Source: a virus (taxonomy: Duplodnaviria; Caudoviricetes). From it: 64,000 nt of DNA. Both the position numbers and the translations under genes were made by a program. A model generated the notes under the pieces. That model had not been told where the DNA came from and did no database searches. It worked only from the letters and a program-made list of their open reading frames with translations. The stretch spans positions 1 to 64,000 of IMG/VR virus record IMGVR_UViG_3300027842_000093, one strand, 5' to 3'. Shown piece after piece: positions 58,727-64,000 of the stretch. Positions within the stretch are counted from its first letter, which is position 1. Each line of letters opens with the position of its first letter.

Positions 58727-58984
58727 ATGAAGCTCTACATTGTAACCCTCTTTGACCCTAACGGACTTTCAGATAAAATTATTAAAGTATTTTCCACAAA
58801 AGAAAATACAGAGAAGTGGATGCGTTCTGCCAAACTAATGCACCAGGAATTGTTTGGGGATAAGACCTTTGATATTACCCAGCAATACAAGGTTAAAGAG
58901 GCAGATTTGGACAATCTTGATTTTGTGGACCTCCTTGCCGAAGCAAGGGGTCTTGGTGCTCAAGTTAAACCTTCCCAGCCCTAG
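58727..58984 (+). CDS. hypothetical protein with DNL tag
   Basis: DLDNLDFVDLLAEARGLG. Confidence 0.7.
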   Translation: MKLYIVTLFDPNGLSDKIIKVFSTKENTEKWMRSAKLMHQELFGDKTFDITQQYKVKEADLDNLDFVDLLAEARGLGAQVKPSQP

Positions 58985-58998
58985 TGACGAAAAACCCC

Positions 58999-59027
58999 TT
59001 AAAAATATAATAAAAACTGGTATTATT
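58999..59027 (+). promoter_or_regulatory. second-class promoter-like motif
   Basis: TTAAAAATATAATAAA-AACT-GGTATTATT; matches 11941 outside the 4-nt spacer. Confidence 0.55.
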
Positions 59028-59252
59028 AGGATGTATGCTGCGTTTATATATTTTAATTTAATTTTAGGAGAACAAGAAGAGAAACAATATGGGTAAAGAA
59101 GAAATAAAGATTCGGCTAACTTGGCCGTCCGATATGGACCCGTCTACAAAAGTCCACAGAGTTAAGACAGGCTACAACAAAAAGCATGTCAAGAAAGAAA
59201 TCGAAGACGCTTTGCTAGAAGCGGAAGACGAAAACGCAGACTTGGATTGGCC

Positions 59253-59927
59253 ATGAAAAAACGCAAGTGCAGAACATGCGAAACGTTCAAAAATATTATT
59301 GAATTTGGAAAATTAAAAGCGTCTTCAGATGGTCTTAATACAATTTGTAAGTCCTGTAATGCTGCGGCGGCTCTTGCAAGTTATTACAGGCACCTCAAAC
59401 GAAATAGAATTACTCACAAGAAAAGTGCCATACGATGGAGAAAAAATAACAAATCTCATATTTCAAAACACATGAAAGAATATTATGGGACAAATTCTAA
59501 TAGAATAAAAAGACGACAAAAGAGGCGTATTAAAGCCAAGCCAGAAAATAGAAAACGATCCTTACAAAAATACTATAATAAAAATAAAGAGAAGTGCAGA
59601 CGTAATCTTCGAGATTGGAGAAGAAAAAATCCTAAAAAAGCGAAAGCGCAGTCAAATGTTAGAAGGCATAAAGTACGAAAAGCAACTCCAAAGTGGTTAT
59701 CCAAAAAATTATTTGTTAAAGTTGTTAACTTTTATGAAAGATGCCCGACAAAATTAACCGTTGATCATATCGTACCCATAAATGGAGAAAAAGTTTCTGG
59801 TTTAAATGTTCCGTGGAATCTTCAATATTTAACTCCATCAAGGAACAGCAGTAAAGGCAATAGAATAAATCTTTTAGAAGCTTCCGAACAATACGGGAAA
59901 ATATTGAAAAAAGTTGGATTAAAGTAG
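59253..59927 (+). CDS. HNH endonuclease
   Basis: CRTC...DGLNTICKSC; ATPKWL...VDHIVPING..VSGLNVPWNLQYLT. Confidence 0.85.
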   Translation: MKKRKCRTCETFKNIIEFGKLKASSDGLNTICKSCNAAAALASYYRHLKRNRITHKKSAIRWRKNNKSHISKHMKEYYGTNSNRIKRRQKRRIKAKPENRKRSLQKYYNKNKEKCRRNLRDWRRKNPKKAKAQSNVRRHKVRKATPKWLSKKLFVKVVNFYERCPTKLTVDHIVPINGEKVSGLNVPWNLQYLTPSRNSSKGNRINLLEASEQYGKILKKVGLK

Positions 59928-59949
59928 ATTTTATTTAAGGAGAATTACA

Positions 59950-61122
59950 ATGGCAAAATGGATTGACCAGTTGTTCAGTTTGAACAAAGAAGCATCCACG
60001 GATGCCCAACAGGAATTTACGAAGAAAGTAAAAGCTTCTGGATGGGTTGATGGAGTGATGGGAATTGACGAACCAGCTTTAGTTAAAGAAGCTGACCAGA
60101 AGATAGAAGCCGAGCTTGCTGTTCGTGATGAAATTACGAAGGAAGCGGCTTATGAACCATTTCAGACAACTGAAGAAACTCTTAAGCATGACTACCGCAG
60201 AGACGTTTCTATCCTCAGTGACTTTACGCTTGCTTCAATGATTGCTGAAATGCGCGGCCATGCTAAGCAGGATTTTCCTGAGAACGCTACCGAATATTTT
60301 GAAGCCGCAAAGAAAGACGTTAAATCTGACCGTAAAGCAGTTGAAAAGGAACTCTTGGAAGGTACTGGAATGTCAGCACAACTTGATACATTTAAAGCTT
60401 TTGCTGACTACAAGAAAGATGAAACTCCTAAACAAGCTACGGAGAAAGAGCTTTACAAGCCGCAGCTAAAAGATGTCAACGATGACCTTTCCAAAGGTGG
60501 AAAGGTTGACGCTTACGCCGAGACTGATGAACAACATGCGAAAACTATGTTGGGTGTTGGCCGCGAAGAGTCTGAAAGAACAGATGTAACCGCGCAGCCT
60601 GGGGAAGTTCATAAAAATGCCGCTTTGGTTCGTGATCCAGACACCGAGCTTCATATTGGTACGATTGTTCGTTTAGCGCGAACCATAATGACAAAAGAAG
60701 GCTTTCTACTTCCAGAAGGTTCTAGTTGGGAAGTGACTGAATTGGACGGATACCATTACACAATTAGCGCCAATGGCAAGAGCCACACAATCAGTGGACA
60801 CGACAGCCCAAAGTTCAATAAGCTTGCATCACAGAAAGAAGCTGGATCTCCTCCATGTGCAAAATGTGGAAACAGCAAATACGAACATCCCACAGATGAT
60901 GGGCATTGTTCACAATACGTTCCTCCCACATCTGAGGAGCCTAAAAAGGCTTCACAAGAGATTGAGAACCGAGCAACCAAGGAGCAGATTTTTATTAAAA
61001 TTGCAGAAATTAAATCTCCGTGGGCTGTAGTAGAAAAAGACGGACAAGAAGTAATTGCCAGGATTTCAGACGAACAAGTTTCCAAAGAATCAGTAGAGGA
61101 AAAAGAGAATTTAAATAAGTAA
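59950..61122 (+). CDS. acidic protein with recurring K-x-A motifs, probable virion/inner-head protein
   Basis: KEAS, KEAD, KEAA, KNAA, KLAS, KEAG, KKAS, KIAE; AAGGAG RBS. Confidence 0.55.
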   Translation: MAKWIDQLFSLNKEASTDAQQEFTKKVKASGWVDGVMGIDEPALVKEADQKIEAELAVRDEITKEAAYEPFQTTEETLKHDYRRDVSILSDFTLASMIAEMRGHAKQDFPENATEYFEAAKKDVKSDRKAVEKELLEGTGMSAQLDTFKAFADYKKDETPKQATEKELYKPQLKDVNDDLSKGGKVDAYAETDEQHAKTMLGVGREESERTDVTAQPGEVHKNAALVRDPDTELHIGTIVRLARTIMTKEGFLLPEGSSWEVTELDGYHYTISANGKSHTISGHDSPKFNKLASQKEAGSPPCAKCGNSKYEHPTDDGHCSQYVPPTSEEPKKASQEIENRATKEQIFIKIAEIKSPWAVVEKDGQEVIARISDEQVSKESVEEKENLNK

Positions 61123-61333
61123 TAGAGGTCGTCAGCCATGTTTAAAGATGCCTATGAAATCCCTATAAACGTGGGAGACACGGTGCTTCTTAAAGATGGC
61201 TGTATTTGTTTCATAAGAGATTTTGTTGTATACGAAATGGCCGTTGAGACACTTTTAGAGGACAAACTTACACACAATTTTAGGACAGAGCAACCAAGAA
61301 ACATAATGAAAATTTCGTAACGAGGACACCACT

Positions 61334-64000
61334 ATGCTAGAAAAATTCGCAGGATACAAAACCCAGATTCGTGTACTTGAGAAAAAACTCAAGGAGATGG
61401 ACCATTCTAAACTTTCACCAGCTAAAGTTAAAGAGGTGACGGAAGCTATCCAAAATCTCAAGAGTCTTGTCAAAGAGAAAGAAGATAAGAGAATTGAGCG
61501 CAAAAAGAAGAAAGAAGAAGCTGCTGCATCTAAACCCGTCGAAACTCCCAAAGTGGAAGCTGTTGCACAACCAGCCGAAGTTGTCAAGGAATCTTCCCCA
61601 GCACCCACCGAAGTAACCAAAGAATCTACCGTCGAGAAATTTGCAGTTGATAGTAAAGTGGAACCCATTCGTGGTACTCCTGGAAGTTGGGGTACTGTTA
61701 TCCGCGAAGCTGGAGTTAATGGTGATCCTTTAATTTACGTTAAGTGGAATGAAGGACATTTGAAAACCGCCCATGGCGATTACGGTGCGTATTATCCTTC
61801 CGATTTGCGTCTCAAAGTGGAAGCAAAGTCTCCAACCGATTATGTTCCCCGCGAACAGGTGTACAACCTCGAAGCTGATTACAAAGGTAAACTTTCAGCG
61901 ATGATTAAGGATTTGGAAGAGGAAATTAAAACGGCTTATGATAAAGGTGAGGCAGTTTGGGCCCATCGTTTAGAACAGAAATTGTCTGATGCAAAGAAAG
62001 CCCTTGAAGAAAAATCTGAGAAAGAAGCTGCTGGTGTCCACGAGGGCTGGGATGTTATTCTTAACGGTAAAGTTATAAATAAAGTTTTTTATGTTCCAGG
62101 CGTATCGGCTGATGAAGTTAAAAGAGGTTTGGTTGAGCATGATGGATTTGACCCAGGAATTACAGTACGCAAAGAAAAACGCGCAGAAGATGAAAATGGA
62201 AGTGGTGGAACCAATAAACTTAAAGTGATTGATTTAACGCCAGCGCATGATAAAGACCCACAGGAGAAAGCCACAGGCTATGGTGGAGATCGTTCTATGG
62301 GAGCTTTGGTAGCACCTAACAGCGATGAGAATTCTTTGCCTTTAGAATCTTCTTTGGATAAAGATGCGAAGCACACTTTGAAGATTAAAAGCCTTGACGA
62401 TGCTATGGCAGATTGTTCAGAAGGTGACTGGCATTTTAGCGGTACCGGAGCCAGAACAAAAGAAGAAATTGAAGAACAATTTAAAAAGCATGTTCACGCC
62501 TCCCTCAATAAAAATTCCATAAATATTACAGTAGCTGAAAAGCTTTTCGTTGTTAATCCTTTAGCCAAGACAGCAGAGAATGAATACGTTTACGATGTAT
62601 CTTTGTCCAATGGCGATAAGTTTTGTAAAATTACCTCCGAAGCCGAAATGGGTCAGGAGCATCTTTCTTATGCCATTGAGAAAGCTATTTTGAATCACAA
62701 AGAAGCATCAAACAAGTGTGCAATCTGCAATATGGAATTTAAATCGTGGGAAGAATATGACGCACATAAAAAAGAAAAACACGGCCCCAAAATGGCCAAG
62801 CTTGTAAGCAACCTCGCCTTCTTGAAGAAAGGCTCGTTTGTCTCTATTTTAAATGTTGATAAAACAAAGAAACAAGTTAAGTTTGCATCATTAGATGGAA
62901 CTCTTCGAGGTTGGGCACCAATACAGAAGTTTGCAGCATTTGCCGCTCCAGAAACCAATCTCGTTCCACATGAAAATCATCAAGATGAAGTGTTGGCTGA
63001 AAGTGGGCATGAGCTTCTAGTATCCTGTCCGGCCAACAGCACAAACGTTATTTGGAGAGCGGTTGAAGCTCCTCCGGCCACACCAGAAAGTTTGAATGAT
63101 TTAGAAAGTAAGAAAATAGTTCCACACACGAAAGAATGTAATGAAGCAAATGACAGACATGTTGGGCCAACTGAAATTTGTATTTGTGATAGTAAGAAAG
63201 AAGCAGCCAAAGATTGTCCAGACTGTCATGGAAACTTTGTAGGGAAAGAAGATGAGAAATGCCCTACATGTGGAAGGTTTGCTGTAGAAGCACATTGTGG
63301 AATGCCTCATGGAGAGAAAAAAGAAGCTCGTGGATGCGATCAATGCAATGCAGCTATGATTAACGGTGTGTTTTGTCATGAAACTGGTTGTCCCAATAAA
63401 CGCAAAGAACGTGAGCAGGAAGATATGGAGATGGAAAGCTCTTTAAATAAAGATTCCCACATTCGCCACGAAGATGGGAAATGGGTTATTTACAGTCACG
63501 ATTACAAAAAGAAGCTTGGAACTTATGACACTGAAGAAGAAGCTAAAAAGCGTTTGGGACAAATTGAATATTTTAAGCATCAAGGTTCATTGCATCCATT
63601 ATCCAAGAAAGAGGCTGCTGAAAAACTTAAACGTTGTGATTGCGGAAATTTAGTTTACCCAAATCATAAAGAACGATATGGGCATGAGTATATTACCCCA
63701 ACAGAATCCAAGAAAGAAGCTGGTGCAATGGATACAAAATGTGAAGAATGTGGTGAACCTTTGGGTCCTGAAGCATTCCTTTCCAAATGGCCAGTTTGTG
63801 GTAAATGCACAAAGAAACGCCATGAGAAAGCAGTAGGAAAGAGAGCAGACCAGAATATTTCTCTAGAGCAACAGATACAAGGGTTTAAAGATCGCATGAG
63901 CGCAGTGACTGAAAGACTTTCAAATCCTCCAGTTAAAACAGCCGCTGAAACTTCAGAGCAAGCTCAAGAAGGTGAGAAGGTTATCGCCACTCCAGAGCTT
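61334..64000 (+). CDS. large multi-module protein (at least 889 aa, runs off the window edge), probable processed virion protein
   Basis: ATG 61334 after GAGG; frame stays open to 64000 (absent from the ORF track because it has no stop). Small modules are separated by K-x-A / SLxKx(A/S) linkers. Confidence 0.7.
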   Translation, partial: MLEKFAGYKTQIRVLEKKLKEMDHSKLSPAKVKEVTEAIQNLKSLVKEKEDKRIERKKKKEEAAASKPVETPKVEAVAQPAEVVKESSPAPTEVTKESTVEKFAVDSKVEPIRGTPGSWGTVIREAGVNGDPLIYVKWNEGHLKTAHGDYGAYYPSDLRLKVEAKSPTDYVPREQVYNLEADYKGKLSAMIKDLEEEIKTAYDKGEAVWAHRLEQKLSDAKKALEEKSEKEAAGVHEGWDVILNGKVINKVFYVPGVSADEVKRGLVEHDGFDPGITVRKEKRAEDENGSGGTNKLKVIDLTPAHDKDPQEKATGYGGDRSMGALVAPNSDENSLPLESSLDKDAKHTLKIKSLDDAMADCSEGDWHFSGTGARTKEEIEEQFKKHVHASLNKNSINITVAEKLFVVNPLAKTAENEYVYDVSLSNGDKFCKITSEAEMGQEHLSYAIEKAILNHKEASNKCAICNMEFKSWEEYDAHKKEKHGPKMAKLVSNLAFLKKGSFVSILNVDKTKKQVKFASLDGTLRGWAPIQKFAAFAAPETNLVPHENHQDEVLAESGHELLVSCPANSTNVIWRAVEAPPATPESLNDLESKKIVPHTKECNEANDRHVGPTEICICDSKKEAAKDCPDCHGNFVGKEDEKCPTCGRFAVEAHCGMPHGEKKEARGCDQCNAAMINGVFCHETGCPNKRKEREQEDMEMESSLNKDSHIRHEDGKWVIYSHDYKKKLGTYDTEEEAKKRLGQIEYFKHQGSLHPLSKKEAAEKLKRCDCGNLVYPNHKERYGHEYITPTESKKEAGAMDTKCEECGEPLGPEAFLSKWPVCGKCTKKRHEKAVGKRADQNISLEQQIQGFKDRMSAVTERLSNPPVKTAAETSEQAQEGEKVIATPEL

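Noticed and set aside
1358-58984. DNL repeats as a CRISPR array, integron attC sites or DGR template/variable repeats
   Set aside because: The copies are in-frame coding, differ synonymously and are not palindromic. I saw no adenine-specific divergence, and no integrase or reverse transcriptase is in the window.
1-64000. Minus-strand ORFs in the track (e.g. 14141..14944, 56125..56997, 6513..7064)
   Set aside because: They lie antisense to well-supported + strand genes and have no recognisable motifs; they are shadow ORFs.
1-64000. Alternative genetic code (stop-codon reassignment)
   Set aside because: Known enzymes are full length under code 11, and TAA, TAG and TGA all terminate genes at sensible boundaries.

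Overview
The window is 64 kb of an AT-rich, large dsDNA bacteriophage genome. It uses the standard genetic code, and essentially all credible genes are on the + strand, tightly packed, often with ATGA/GTGA overlaps. It covers replication, transcription and nucleotide-metabolism genes (Cas4-like nuclease, PRTase, GMP reductase/IMPDH, TOPRIM primase, NusG paralog, sigma region-4 proteins, DnaC-like loader) and a MoxR-VWA pair. It also has an RNA-repair and translation set (two RNA ligases, HD-PNK, HAD, PTH2, deformylase), proteases (RseP, ClpP-like), five HNH-type endonucleases and the start of a probable virion module after about 59.9 kb. The most striking unexplained signal is a peptide of about 16 aa, DNLx(Y/H/F/L/I)(I/V)Ex(L/M)Axx(K/R)xL(V/I). 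By manual count it sits at or near the C-terminus of 46 otherwise diverse ORFs. About 26 of these are tiny hypervariable CxCGHxxxxH zinc-finger-like genes wedged between core genes, and the motif tail often doubles as the ribosome-binding site and start of the next gene. Two further signals stand out: a promoter-driven non-coding locus of about 600 nt (a permuted, Y-RNA-like tRNA mimic followed by a large multi-helix RNA), and a K-x-A-punctuated polyprotein-like ORF at the right edge. All calls are by-eye motif recognition; no database searches were run.
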